Source: a virus
Lineage: Duplodnaviria > Caudoviricetes
DNA length: 50,531 nucleotides
Strand: one strand, 5' to 3'
Virus record (IMG/VR): IMGVR_UViG_3300044620_000612
Span: 1-50,531 of that record
Shown in pieces: positions 1-9,708 of this stretch. Numbering within the stretch: position 1 is the first letter of the stretch; each line of letters starts with the position of its first letter. Both the position numbers and the translations under genes were made by a program. The notes beneath the pieces were generated by a model, which made no database searches, was not told where the DNA came from, and saw only the letters and a list, made by a program, of their open reading frames with translations.

Positions 1-3000
1 GAGTTCAGCATTAGCGTAGTCAATTATCCCTATTGGATTTTAAAGCGTTACGAGTTCACGACTACATGGAATAACGCAACTAACGGCGTTGTGCCGCCAG
101 TATCCATTAGCAACAGAAACAATGCGTTAGACTTCGACTATGAGTTAGAGACTGTGAGCGTTGGCTCCTACTATCGAAGGTTTAGAATTAAGAGGACGAA
201 GGGCACGACTGCAAACGTCCAAGCAATGGTTCTAATGCGTAGCTTCGGAGATTTCGCCACACATTCGCGAACCGAGCTTACCGGGACTGGAACATCAACA
301 TACAGCTCGTACATCACTCGAAGCTACGACTATGTAAACCCAAACATTGCTGCGCCACCGCCTGCAAACTACAGCGGAAGCGGAACGCCGCTTTCCCTGT
401 ACGCCAGCAACGCAATCGGCACAGGAGCTGGTGGCGGATTAGCACTGCAAGCCGGTAACGCAGCAAGCACAGGCGGCGGTGGGAGCATAACGCTCTACAC
501 AGGAGCAGGTGCAGGAGGCGGCGTAGGCGGTGCAATTCTGAGCCGAAGTCAAGCGGACTCGTACAACCGAAGCCACAAGTTCATCTTAGTCAGGAGCATC
601 CCTGATACTGTTGGCAACTATGTGGAGCTTGGGAGAATTGGCTGGCTAGCCGGAGCGATCCTAAAAGTATCTGTATTCGCTAGTCGAGGGGCGTTTCACG
701 CTGCTTTCAATACTTACAATGCTCTCGGCAAAGAGTACGAGATTTACACTCACTACTACAGTAGTGGAACTGTAGCTCCAAGGGCGATTTCTGGCGATCT
801 AGTAGGCGGACGGCAACCAAACGAGTTTGAGCTTGAGCTAGCTTGGAACGGCAACGGATACCAAGTATTGCGCCTTAGAAGATCCAAAGCTGACGCTACC
901 AACTTCAGCGGCTACACAGCTACAGTTGTTATTGAACAGTTAATCTGGTCGCCACACGCCTTTGAATTCGTTGAGTTGTCGGGCACAGGTACCTCAGCCC
1001 TCACTAACGCTTACCTGACTAACACCGGCACTTATTGCTATCCAGCCCTGATCCCGCCTCCAACTGTTGGCACTTCTGGAGCCGGTACAGACCTAGCTAT
1101 TTACGGTGGCAGCGCAATCGGCACAGGTGCTGGCGGTTCCATAATCCTTCAGCCGGGAGCACAGGCTACGAGTGGTGGCGATGGCACAGTTATCAGTCGT
1201 CGCGGGGCTAACGGCGTATCAAACATTCATCATTTTCAAGTCGGCACTAGCACATACGCATTTATTGACAGCAGCGGGCGATTATGCATAACCCCTGAAG
1301 TTTCAACCACAGTTATGCCTGTGGATTGTGGCTTATTTGTAACGCCGAGAAACAACGCAAACACTATTGGTGTTGTCGTCAGAGGTGTTTCTGGGCAGGC
1401 GGGCAACCTTCAGCAGTGGCAGAATAATGCTGGAACCGTCCTGTCTGCCATCAACAGCGCAGGCGACTTTACGAATACTGGCGGGCAGGCTCAATCTGAA
1501 AAATTTGGAAATGGAGCTGTAGTTTCTGTTGGACAAGCAACAGCGATTGGAAATGGAGCATCGGCTGGACAGCTTTCAACTGCTGTTGGGTATGCCGCAG
1601 GAACTACTGGCGTTACTGGGGTTGCTGTAGGGGCACAAGCAAGTGCCAACGATGGCTCAGTTGCCGTTGGCAGGCAGGCTGGCGCAAGTGGCGGTTCTGC
1701 TATAGCGATTGGTCCTAACGCATCAGCAACAGGAGCCAACTCAATAGCGGTCGGAAGGCTTTCTGCGTCCAGTGGTGGCATATCGATTGGCTACAACTTT
1801 ACTGGCGTTGGTCTTGGATATACAAGTTTCAACGCTTCAACCAACGGCACTTCGTCCACAGGCGCAATAGCTGTTTATGCTGGTGATGGTGCAAACAACG
1901 GCAATTTTAGCCGTCAGCACTCCATGCTCGGCACTTGGTCAGTAGCCACTTACGCATCACGCCTTGGCCGTGTCCAGTTGCGTGTCAACGACTACACGAC
2001 AGATCGTGAAGCAATCCGCTACGAGTCTGACGGTGCAAATGCACTGACTAGCATCGGTGGCAGTGCGATAATCGCCAACACTACGCTGGCAGTTCAGCCT
2101 GCTGTTTCTGGTAACAAGGGCGTTGTAGTAAAGGGTGCGTCTGGACAGTCTGCAAATCTTCAGGAGTGGCAAAACAACAGCGGCACCGCTCTAGCGTCAA
2201 TTGATTCTGCTGGAAACTTCGGCGTTAATTCCATCACTTCGACTGGAGCGTTTGATACATACTTCGACACTTGGTACGGAGCAGTTAAGAGGCGTGTGTA
2301 CAGGGTTTCTGTACCAAGCACGATTGGCAACTACCAAGAAATATTCAGGCTAAACTGGTCAAGTAATGTTATTGCAAAGATCAAGGTTCTTGCATTTGGC
2401 AGCGGCATAGCAAACGCCAAAGAATACGATTTCAATTCGTCATATGGAATGACCGGCGTGCTTGCCCCGCTAAGGTCTGCATACTTGTACAACACGGTTG
2501 CTGTTCAATACGAGCTTGAGAACGACTGGAATGCTGGCACAGGCTGGAACACCATTCGTGTCAAGAGGACTTCAGGCACAGATGCTCTGAACCTGTTTGT
2601 CTACGTTGAGGTTCTTGATGCAACTTCAGGACATCCTCAAGCTGTAAGTGGAACCGGCACTTCATCAATTGGCGGCATACTTGGCTCATACGCAAGCTTC
2701 ACATCAATTACCCCGCCAGATGTAGTTGGCGGCAATGGTAATGGCTACCAACTCAGCCTGTACGGTGGCAATGCGCTTGGCACTGGTAATGGCGGCAACA
2801 TCCTACTGCAAGCCGGTGCGCTGTCTACCAGCGGTTCCAACGGCAAAGTCATCGTGCGTGGCTTGGCGAGTAATACTGCGAACTTGCAAGAGTGGCAGAA
2901 TAATGCTGGGACGGTTTTGGCTTATGTCAGCTCTGACGCATCAGTAATAGGCACCCCATCTAATTGCTATATTGGGGCAAACGACAACTCTGGCGGCCAG

Positions 3001-3420
3001 ATAATACTTTATGGTTCTGCTGGCGGTTACGGGGTTGGCTTCAAAACAACTAGCTCAGGCAGTGAAGTAATAAGGTTCAACAGCGGACAAATCGCGCTTA
3101 CAGTTGGCCAAGGCGGGAATAATGCTGGCTTGCTAGTCAACGGGAATTTAGGCTCGTCTGGAAGTGTTGCATCATTTGTAAACGCTGGTAATGCTGCCTC
3201 TAAGGGCATCGTAGTCAAAGGCGCAACTAGCCAGACAGGCAATTTGCAGGAGTGGCAGAATAATGCTGGTTCAGTCCTATCAGCAGTAAAGTCTGATGGA
3301 TCAATTCAACCAGCAAGCATGGCTGATTCGGCAGCTACAAACAATTCAATCTATTATTCAACTACAGCGTCAAAACTGGTTTACAAGGATGCTGCCGGGA
3401 CTGTTAATAATCTTTATTAA
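1..3420 (+). CDS. Tail fibre/adhesin, C-terminal part (5' truncated; frame open from base 1)
   Basis: Gly/Ser/Thr/Asn-rich; four GxVVKGxxxQxxNLQEWQNNAG-type repeats; YadA-head-like AVAVG/AIAIG repeats; repeated ~150 aa globular module; frame 1 has no stop from base 1. Confidence 0.8.
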   Translation, partial: EFSISVVNYPYWILKRYEFTTTWNNATNGVVPPVSISNRNNALDFDYELETVSVGSYYRRFRIKRTKGTTANVQAMVLMRSFGDFATHSRTELTGTGTSTYSSYITRSYDYVNPNIAAPPPANYSGSGTPLSLYASNAIGTGAGGGLALQAGNAASTGGGGSITLYTGAGAGGGVGGAILSRSQADSYNRSHKFILVRSIPDTVGNYVELGRIGWLAGAILKVSVFASRGAFHAAFNTYNALGKEYEIYTHYYSSGTVAPRAISGDLVGGRQPNEFELELAWNGNGYQVLRLRRSKADATNFSGYTATVVIEQLIWSPHAFEFVELSGTGTSALTNAYLTNTGTYCYPALIPPPTVGTSGAGTDLAIYGGSAIGTGAGGSIILQPGAQATSGGDGTVISRRGANGVSNIHHFQVGTSTYAFIDSSGRLCITPEVSTTVMPVDCGLFVTPRNNANTIGVVVRGVSGQAGNLQQWQNNAGTVLSAINSAGDFTNTGGQAQSEKFGNGAVVSVGQATAIGNGASAGQLSTAVGYAAGTTGVTGVAVGAQASANDGSVAVGRQAGASGGSAIAIGPNASATGANSIAVGRLSASSGGISIGYNFTGVGLGYTSFNASTNGTSSTGAIAVYAGDGANNGNFSRQHSMLGTWSVATYASRLGRVQLRVNDYTTDREAIRYESDGANALTSIGGSAIIANTTLAVQPAVSGNKGVVVKGASGQSANLQEWQNNSGTALASIDSAGNFGVNSITSTGAFDTYFDTWYGAVKRRVYRVSVPSTIGNYQEIFRLNWSSNVIAKIKVLAFGSGIANAKEYDFNSSYGMTGVLAPLRSAYLYNTVAVQYELENDWNAGTGWNTIRVKRTSGTDALNLFVYVEVLDATSGHPQAVSGTGTSSIGGILGSYASFTSITPPDVVGGNGNGYQLSLYGGNALGTGNGGNILLQAGALSTSGSNGKVIVRGLASNTANLQEWQNNAGTVLAYVSSDASVIGTPSNCYIGANDNSGGQIILYGSAGGYGVGFKTTSSGSEVIRFNSGQIALTVGQGGNNAGLLVNGNLGSSGSVASFVNAGNAASKGIVVKGATSQTGNLQEWQNNAGSVLSAVKSDGSIQPASMADSAATNNSIYYSTTASKLVYKDAAGTVNNLY
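452..661 (+). repeat. Near-identical copy of the contig end (50322-50531)
   Basis: Offset 49870; last 85 nt (577-661) identical, a few substitutions upstream. Confidence 0.95.
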
Positions 3421-3431
3421 GGAGCTTTCTA

Positions 3432-3791
3432 ATGCCTGATCCAGAAGTAAACGCTGTAATGCCTGACTTTCCTCCAGTCCCTGCTGCTGATCCAGTAGTC
3501 ACTCCTCCAGTACCTGAAGAGACTCAGGATGTATGGGGTCTAGATTACCAGCATATTCGCCGCTACGAAGTCGAGGGCGGATTCAAATTTGAGCTATACA
3601 CGATCTGGTCTTTAGGCCGAATGTCAGCTACCGGAGTTTGGACTCCAGCTAAGCCAGAAAACAAAAAGAATGTTGTTCTAGCCGATATGCTGTCGCCAAC
3701 TTCTCTAGACGAAAATCCTGAGATCGGTGCGATTGCAACGCCATTCTTTACTAACCTTGCATCTCTATGTAAGCGAGTTGGCAACCTGTAA
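3432..3791 (+). CDS. Hypothetical protein, possibly tail-fibre associated
   Basis: AGGAG RBS; directly follows the fibre gene. Confidence 0.6.
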   Translation: MPDPEVNAVMPDFPPVPAADPVVTPPVPEETQDVWGLDYQHIRRYEVEGGFKFELYTIWSLGRMSATGVWTPAKPENKKNVVLADMLSPTSLDENPEIGAIATPFFTNLASLCKRVGNL

Positions 3792-3800
3792 GGAGCTTAA

Positions 3801-4937
3801 ATGCTCGGCGGTTATCCACTAGCAAAAGCACCATTAGCAAGCCTCGGTTCAACTGGGGCTAATGCTATTGGTGCGTTTGTTTCGTTGGTTTTAACTGTGC
3901 AATCTGGAACGGCAACTGGTACTGCTTCGGCTTCAGGCCTGTCGAATTCATTAGTAGTATCCAAGCAACTTGGAACAGCAACTGGAACAGCAGCGGCTTC
4001 AGGCTTATCGAACAATCTTGCCGTATCTAAGCAGATTGGCAGCGCATCTGGAGCGGCATCGGCTTCAGCATTATCCAACAGCCTAGCAATATCAAAACAA
4101 CTTGGTTCTGCTACTGGGAATGCCTCGGCTAGTGGTCTATCTAATTCGTTGCCGTTATCGCCTTTGTCTGGATCATCAAGCGGTTCATCGTCTGCCTCTG
4201 GATTGTCCAACAGCCTGACGATTTCTAAGCAATTAGGATCGGCTACAGGAACAGCACTAGCATCTGGACTGTCCAATAATATAGCCATCGTCAAGCTGGA
4301 TGGTTCATCGTCTGCCTCTGGTAACGCATCCGGCCAATCAAATAATCTCGCCATAGTTAAACTTGACGGCTCATCATCTGGATCAGCTAGTGCGTCTGGG
4401 ATAGCCCAGAACATTTCCTTAGCCAAGATGAATGGTTCTTCAATAGGTAGTGCTGTTACTTCCGGTTTAATAACCAACATTGCATTGGCTAAACAGCTAG
4501 GCTCAGGTTCTGGATCGTCTACGACTTCAGGAACAATCACTTCGGTTTCAATTACAAAACAGCTTGGCAGCGCAATAGGCGGGGCATCAGCATCAGGCCA
4601 ATCCAATTCAATAACGATTGTAAAGCAGCAAGGTACTGGATCAGGTTCGGCAAATACATCTGGAATAATCCAGTCAATAACAATCCAGCCTGTTGCAGGT
4701 TCGGCTTTTGGATCAGCTGTAGCCAACAGCGATATGACTTTTGTGGCTATCGTCCATCAAGACGGTTCAGCCAAAGCATTCAATCCTCCAAGTTGGGCGA
4801 GGGCAAGAGTTTCAGAAATAACCAATGCCAATGCAAGTGTAAGAAAAATTGGATTCACAAACAGGATTGTTGCTCAGTCTTATGTAAAAATTAATAATTC
4901 AACAAGAACAGCAAATACTATTGTCCCAATTGATTGA
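3801..4937 (+). CDS. Ser/Gly/Ala-rich virion protein with 22-aa tandem repeats
   Basis: About 13 repeats of ASASGLSNSLxxSKQLGSAxGx; AGGAG RBS. Confidence 0.7.
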   Translation: MLGGYPLAKAPLASLGSTGANAIGAFVSLVLTVQSGTATGTASASGLSNSLVVSKQLGTATGTAAASGLSNNLAVSKQIGSASGAASASALSNSLAISKQLGSATGNASASGLSNSLPLSPLSGSSSGSSSASGLSNSLTISKQLGSATGTALASGLSNNIAIVKLDGSSSASGNASGQSNNLAIVKLDGSSSGSASASGIAQNISLAKMNGSSIGSAVTSGLITNIALAKQLGSGSGSSTTSGTITSVSITKQLGSAIGGASASGQSNSITIVKQQGTGSGSANTSGIIQSITIQPVAGSAFGSAVANSDMTFVAIVHQDGSAKAFNPPSWARARVSEITNANASVRKIGFTNRIVAQSYVKINNSTRTANTIVPID

Positions 4938-4945
4938 GGTAAATC

Positions 4946-5230
4946 ATGGCATATGACATTGGTGATACCTTGAGATTAACCGTCACATTTACAAGCGTTA
5001 TTAACTCAACGCCAGCAGATCCAACCAATGTAAAACTTATAGTAAAACGCCCTGATTTAATTGAAGAAGAATTTTTATACCCTGCTATTTTACAAAAAGA
5101 TTCAATTGGAATATATCATCACGATTATTCTATAGATCGAAGTGGTAGATTCTGGTATCGTTGGGAGGGAACTGGAGCAAATCCTTCTGCCGTGGAGGGT
5201 TATTTCATAGTTTCCCAAAGTCAGTTTTAG
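4946..5230 (+). CDS. Small beta-rich virion protein
   Basis: GAGG RBS; YDIGDTLRLTVTF and GxYxxDY patterns seen in small phage tail-associated proteins. Confidence 0.6.
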   Translation: MAYDIGDTLRLTVTFTSVINSTPADPTNVKLIVKRPDLIEEEFLYPAILQKDSIGIYHHDYSIDRSGRFWYRWEGTGANPSAVEGYFIVSQSQF

Positions 5231-5239
5231 GTGAAATAT

Positions 5240-5328
5240 CCGGGGCAGGGCGGGGATGTTTTTGCTGTTTCCTGTCACGCCTCATACCACACCAGAAGAT
5301 GAACAGCGTCATGGAGTGGTTGCCCCGG
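5240..5328 (+). promoter_or_regulatory. Structured intergenic leader (three-way junction candidate)
   Basis: CCGGGGCA/TGCCCCGG closing stem enclosing two inner stems. Confidence 0.4.
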
Positions 5329-5355
5329 TTATCCTTCTTTTACTGGAGAGTCTAA

Positions 5356-6207
5356 ATGGATTGGTCAATTCGACAAACTGATCCTCATGCTTATCGCTTA
5401 GACTTTACAGGATTGAAGGATAGGGATTGGAGGCGTGTCATGCTCCTATCCGATCTGCACTGGGATTCTGCTCAATGTAATCGGGAACTGCTCAAGAGAG
5501 ATCTAGACGAGGCATTAAAAACGGGAACCCCTGTCATTCTGGTTGGCGATACCTTCGATATTATGCAGGGTAAATTTGACAAGCGAAAATCGGCTAAATC
5601 CCTTCGACCAGAACACCAAACCGACAACTATATCGACACAGTAGTCGATGACGCAATCGACTGGTTTACCCCTTACAGAGATGTCCTAGCTCTTGTCTCC
5701 AAAGGCAACCATGAAACATCATGGGAAAAATACCATGATACAGATGTATGCGCCCGATTCGTATCCGGCCTAAAGCGTAACAAATCCTCGGTACTTCTTG
5801 GAAAGTACTGGGGTTTTGTACAAATCGGTTTAATTGAAAGTCCCAAAAACAGGGTATCTAAAACCCTATTTTTTCATCATGGCGCAGGCGGGGGTGGAGA
5901 AATTACACGGGGTATGATAGATAATTCTAGAACTAGAGGTATGTATATGGCAGATGCTTTCATATCTGGACATATCCATAGACGAAATTTAGATGAGAAT
6001 ATAGTATATCATTTAAACAACTTAGGAACAGTATGTGCAAGACAGCAGCTATTCCTTCGTAGTTCGACATACAAGATTGAGGATGATGGGTATCACGCAG
6101 AGAAAGGACGGGGGCCAAGGCCTCTGGGTGGATGGTGGCTTGAATTCCGCTATCTACGAAATTCAGATGTTGGGACTGATTGCAATATGAGGGCTTATCA
6201 GACATGA
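5356..6207 (+). CDS. Calcineurin-like metallophosphoesterase
   Basis: SDLH, GDTFD, GNHE, HHG and GHIH motifs in canonical order. Confidence 0.9.
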   Translation: MDWSIRQTDPHAYRLDFTGLKDRDWRRVMLLSDLHWDSAQCNRELLKRDLDEALKTGTPVILVGDTFDIMQGKFDKRKSAKSLRPEHQTDNYIDTVVDDAIDWFTPYRDVLALVSKGNHETSWEKYHDTDVCARFVSGLKRNKSSVLLGKYWGFVQIGLIESPKNRVSKTLFFHHGAGGGGEITRGMIDNSRTRGMYMADAFISGHIHRRNLDENIVYHLNNLGTVCARQQLFLRSSTYKIEDDGYHAEKGRGPRPLGGWWLEFRYLRNSDVGTDCNMRAYQT

Positions 6208-6911
6208 TTACCACCACTCTTGGGCTGTTAATGCTAATTGCGAATCAGCAACCAAAGCTGACTTTTCCAGCCAAGTTGCAGGGATTGCCGGGTTCATTCA
6301 TCGTTGTCAAGCCTATCCAGATTGATGGGAAATCGGTCAAATATTTCACTCCATCACCCGGCCTGAATCTATTCCCAGCTGACCTACTATCTGACAAGAC
6401 TGCAACGGTTGCAACTGCCAATCTACCGGGTAAATACCTTGTCTATGGCTATACGGCACTGGGCGACATTCCAAGCGATCCAGCATCAATTGAAATCATT
6501 ATTGGCGATCCCGGCCCAACTCCATTCCCTCCTCAGCCTCCAGCCCCAAATCCTCCTAATCCTGATCCAACTCCAGATCCGCTAATGGAATCCCTGCAAG
6601 CTATTTGGGGCGCATTGGATGAGCCGGGTAAATCCCAATCTAAATCTAAGCTGGTTCAAGTCTACCGGGAATCGGCCAAGATCTGTAAAGATCCCGCTTT
6701 CCTAACTGTTGGACAGGCTTTTGCACGATCCAAGGAGATCGGGAAAGCTGCATTGCCAGATTCAGCATTATCTTCGCTCAGATCGAGGATCAGTGAGGAA
6801 TTGAGGTCTGTAGTCCCAATTGATCCTTCAGTCATTCTAAACGCAGAATTGAGGGCAAAGATTGCCTCTCAGCTGGATCGTATGGCTATCCTTGTGGAAT
6901 CTCTGAGGTAA
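6204..6911 (+). CDS. Exported protein with Pro-rich linker (lysis-cassette associated)
   Basis: Hydrophobic N-terminus, PGPTPFPPQPPAPNPPNPDP linker; ATG overlaps the upstream stop (ATGA). Confidence 0.65.
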   Translation: MITTTLGLLMLIANQQPKLTFPAKLQGLPGSFIVVKPIQIDGKSVKYFTPSPGLNLFPADLLSDKTATVATANLPGKYLVYGYTALGDIPSDPASIEIIIGDPGPTPFPPQPPAPNPPNPDPTPDPLMESLQAIWGALDEPGKSQSKSKLVQVYRESAKICKDPAFLTVGQAFARSKEIGKAALPDSALSSLRSRISEELRSVVPIDPSVILNAELRAKIASQLDRMAILVESLR

Positions 6912-6915
6912 TCCA

Positions 6916-7821
6916 ATGGAAGACCAATTCTATAAACCCGGTTGGGAAGATCGACCAGAAGAGGTTGTAGCGATTGCTGACCTACAGCCTATGCCTGTAT
7001 TCGGTGACACTCCAGCAGGGCAGGCGGATATTGTCCTACCTAAAACCTGTTACTTTTGGAAAATCCATGAGCAGGTAACTGGGCAAAAGCCAATTCCCTA
7101 TAACCAAAAATCCGTAGGTAGCTGCGTTGCCTTTGGAGCAGTTTCGGCCATTGAGGGAACAATGGTCAATGAGATCATGCGGGGGGAGAAAGAGGAGTTT
7201 CGCCATCTTTGCCAAGAGGTCAGTTATGCCGGTTCACGCATTGAAATTGGCAAAGGTAGGCTTGGTAGAAGTGATGGCTCAATTGGCGCATGGGCAGCTG
7301 AATTTGCTTTGAAGTACGGATCAATTGATCGTGGAGTTCATGGTAAATACGATCTTAGCAAATATGATGAAGAACGATGCCGAGCATGGGGTAACTCTGG
7401 GGTTCCAGACGATCTTGAACCTACTGTCAAGAAGTATCCCGTGAAGGGGATTACACTGGTCAAAACTTGGGAAGATGCCAAGAAGGCATTGGCTCAAGGC
7501 TACGGGATTAGTGTTGCATCTAATCAGGGCTTTACAATGGCCCGTGATGCAAAGGGGATGGCCCAGCCCAAGGGGCGATGGATGCACCAAATGTGCCTAT
7601 GGGGCTACTCCACAGAAGGCAGTGAGAAGGGCTGGATTAGAAATAGTTGGGGCGCAAATGCCCATACTGGCCCAGTTGGTGAAGGTGATCCACCCACTAG
7701 CGGATTCTGGGCTGATGTCGAAGTTATTTCAAAAATGTTAAGCCAAGGCGATTCTTGGGCATTCTCTGGACTGTCTGGATTCCCAGCCAAAGATGTGATT
7801 AATGTTGATTGGAATCTCTAG
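6916..7821 (+). CDS. Papain-like (C1) cysteine peptidase, candidate endolysin
   Basis: QKSVGSCVAF (Gln and catalytic Cys), HQM (His), RNSWG (Asn). Confidence 0.85.
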   Translation: MEDQFYKPGWEDRPEEVVAIADLQPMPVFGDTPAGQADIVLPKTCYFWKIHEQVTGQKPIPYNQKSVGSCVAFGAVSAIEGTMVNEIMRGEKEEFRHLCQEVSYAGSRIEIGKGRLGRSDGSIGAWAAEFALKYGSIDRGVHGKYDLSKYDEERCRAWGNSGVPDDLEPTVKKYPVKGITLVKTWEDAKKALAQGYGISVASNQGFTMARDAKGMAQPKGRWMHQMCLWGYSTEGSEKGWIRNSWGANAHTGPVGEGDPPTSGFWADVEVISKMLSQGDSWAFSGLSGFPAKDVINVDWNL

Positions 7822-7830
7822 GAGTTAGTT

Positions 7831-8169
7831 ATGGCCTTGCTTCCCTACCCAGCAGTTTTCCCTCAAGAAGCTCTCCTGATGATGCTCGACAAGTTTCGAG
7901 GCAGAGAAGTATCTACTCCTGATCTTGTCAATGCTGCATGGAATGTAGCTGGCTATTCGCTTGGACAGTCTCTTGGCGGGGGCCAAATGGTTGCAGGTAA
8001 TTTGCCTCAACTAGACTCCGGTGAAATCAATGAAGCCGATCTGGTTGCATCTGTATTGCAACAGCATGGTTCCCAAGTTGATGGCGAAGAGAAGGCAATT
8101 ACCTTCACTGTTATCCCTTGGATCGTTTTGGCCAAAGTTGCTATTAAGCTGCTTGCCAATCTGCTCTAA
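7831..8169 (+). CDS. Small protein with hydrophobic C-terminus, possible holin/lysis accessory
   Basis: AGGAG RBS; C-terminal VIPWIVLAKVAIKLLANLL; follows the peptidase. Confidence 0.5.
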   Translation: MALLPYPAVFPQEALLMMLDKFRGREVSTPDLVNAAWNVAGYSLGQSLGGGQMVAGNLPQLDSGEINEADLVASVLQQHGSQVDGEEKAITFTVIPWIVLAKVAIKLLANLL

Positions 8170-8177
8170 CGAACCAA

Positions 8178-8239
8178 GGGGTTGAGTAGGTAATTGGCTA
8201 TCTGTGTTGGATTGCCAAGGTGGGGGCCTACTCAACCCC
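8178..8239 (+). promoter_or_regulatory. Long hairpin upstream of the HNH gene
   Basis: 13-bp perfect inverted repeat GGGGTTGAGTAGG/CCTACTCAACCCC with inner TTGGC/GCCAA stem. Confidence 0.6.
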
Positions 8240-8253
8240 AAGGATACCCTTCT

Positions 8254-8601
8254 ATGTTATCAGACATTATTAGCTTTGGTCAGCGCATTTGGGGTGAGAT
8301 CCAGCGTTCATCTCGTTGGCCATCCGTTAGAGCTAAATTCTTAAAGGGGAAATCCTGCTCTGCTTGTGGGACGAAAAAGAATTTGGAAGCGCATCATGTT
8401 ATACCACTGGCTCATGGTGGAGAGGAATTAGAAGAATCAAATCTAATTGGACTATGCCGTAACTGTCACTACTTCATTGGACATCTCCAAGACTGGACAA
8501 GTTACAATTGCGATGTTCATGCCGATTCTGCATCATATCTACAGAAGCATACTAATCGCCCAAAACTTATCCACCCGGAAGAAGATACGCCACTCATTTA
8601 A
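8254..8601 (+). CDS. HNH endonuclease (HK97 gp74-like, packaging associated)
   Basis: CSACG...EAHHVIP...GG...NLIGLCRNCH; ATG 8254 follows AAGGA. Confidence 0.85.
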   Translation: MLSDIISFGQRIWGEIQRSSRWPSVRAKFLKGKSCSACGTKKNLEAHHVIPLAHGGEELEESNLIGLCRNCHYFIGHLQDWTSYNCDVHADSASYLQKHTNRPKLIHPEEDTPLI

Positions 8602-9023
8602 TGCCTAATACAAGTCTTACTTTTCGGCATTGCCTTAGATTGGCAACCTTTAGCTGCACAACGACCATTGGCAATCTTCTCTTTCATTATTTGCAAATCT
8701 TGTTCTTTTTTAATTTGAGGCAATCGACAACTACGACATATAAGTTTTGGCTTAATCACATAACAGTCCCCGCATCTTTGACACTTCTCTCTCCTGTTAC
8801 CTCGTTTGGATGGTTGTTGTTTGCATCGAAAACAAATACCAGTCTTATCCTTTGTTGGCCAATTGCATTTCTTGCACTTTGTTTTTCCATCTAAATCCTC
8901 AATCTTTTTGGGAGCAGGCTTTTTCTTTGTTTCTGATCTAAATAGCTCTTGTCGTCTCCTACTTCTTTTAGCTGCCTGTTGCCGAATAAACTCTAAATAA
9001 TCACCAGCATAATACTCGTCCAT
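8598..9023 (-). CDS. Cys-rich (multi CxxC) basic hypothetical protein
   Basis: Four CxxC pairs plus a C-terminal Cys/His cluster. Confidence 0.65.
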   Translation of the reverse strand: MDEYYAGDYLEFIRQQAAKRSRRRQELFRSETKKKPAPKKIEDLDGKTKCKKCNWPTKDKTGICFRCKQQPSKRGNRREKCQRCGDCYVIKPKLICRSCRLPQIKKEQDLQIMKEKIANGRCAAKGCQSKAMPKSKTCIRH

Positions 9024-9025
9024 CG

Positions 9026-9364
9026 CTACCGCATCCTCACCTTACTGATCTGATTCAAATACTGGCTCCTTATTTCCTTGTGGCAAAGAACAAAACCTGC
9101 GGTGCTAAACAGGAAAATTGCGACAATAATTAACACGCTCCAAGCAGAAAACCTTAGCCAGAACATCAATGATTCCTTCCAGCTTTCGATTGTGTCGATC
9201 CGATTTCTTATAATTTTTGAATCCTCAAAGAAAGAACTGTAATGCTTGGAATATAAGTCCAATCGTTTCTTGTTTTCCTCAATCTGATGCTTGGCATTTC
9301 TCCAGTCATCAGCAGAGATGCTAATCAATTTGTTTAATTGAATATTATTTTCATCACCCATCAC
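9026..9364 (-). CDS. Hypothetical membrane protein
   Basis: Coiled segment followed by one hydrophobic helix; GAGG RBS. Confidence 0.65.
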   Translation of the reverse strand: MMGDENNIQLNKLISISADDWRNAKHQIEENKKRLDLYSKHYSSFFEDSKIIRNRIDTIESWKESLMFWLRFSAWSVLIIVAIFLFSTAGFVLCHKEIRSQYLNQISKVRMR

Positions 9365-9468
9365 TCACCTCTGATTGTTTTTAAGTAAATAATGCCGATC
9401 ATAAAACCTATTAATATTTTCACGACATCGAAGAACTGATCCAACCAAAAGTTTCGGGCATTCATTGC

Positions 9469-9708
9469 TTACTCCCCTCCCGGCAGCGGGCCAATTGCTT
9501 TCCACCAGACAACCTGTGGGTTCTGCCACCCATCCGTCAGGTGGTAGTAATTTAGGCCGAAGTGATAACCAGTAGTGACATAAAGACCGCATTGATCTGG
9601 AACATCTTCTGGCCACTTACGCCAGCGAAGCAGGTCACGCAATCGATCAACCTCAGCTCTTGCTTCTTGCAGTTCAGCCAGCGTATGTTCTGCGTCACGA
9701 TCACTCAT
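9469..9708 (-). CDS. Hypothetical protein (DUF551-like)
   Basis: WRKWPEDVP...VVWWKAIGPLP pattern. Confidence 0.6.
   Translation of the reverse strand: MSDRDAEHTLAELQEARAEVDRLRDLLRWRKWPEDVPDQCGLYVTTGYHFGLNYYHLTDGWQNPQVVWWKAIGPLPGGE

Noticed and set aside
452-661. Diversity-generating retroelement TR/VR pair with 50322-50531
   Set aside because: Mismatches are not adenine-specific, both copies are in-frame coding, and no reverse transcriptase is present.
3812-4726. 304-aa antisense ORF
   Set aside because: Shadow of the Ser/Gly/Ala repeat gene; no independent motifs or RBS, unlike the intein antisense ORF.
8254-8601. Mobile homing endonuclease
   Set aside because: Short gp74-type HNH without DNA-binding extensions; better explained as a packaging accessory.
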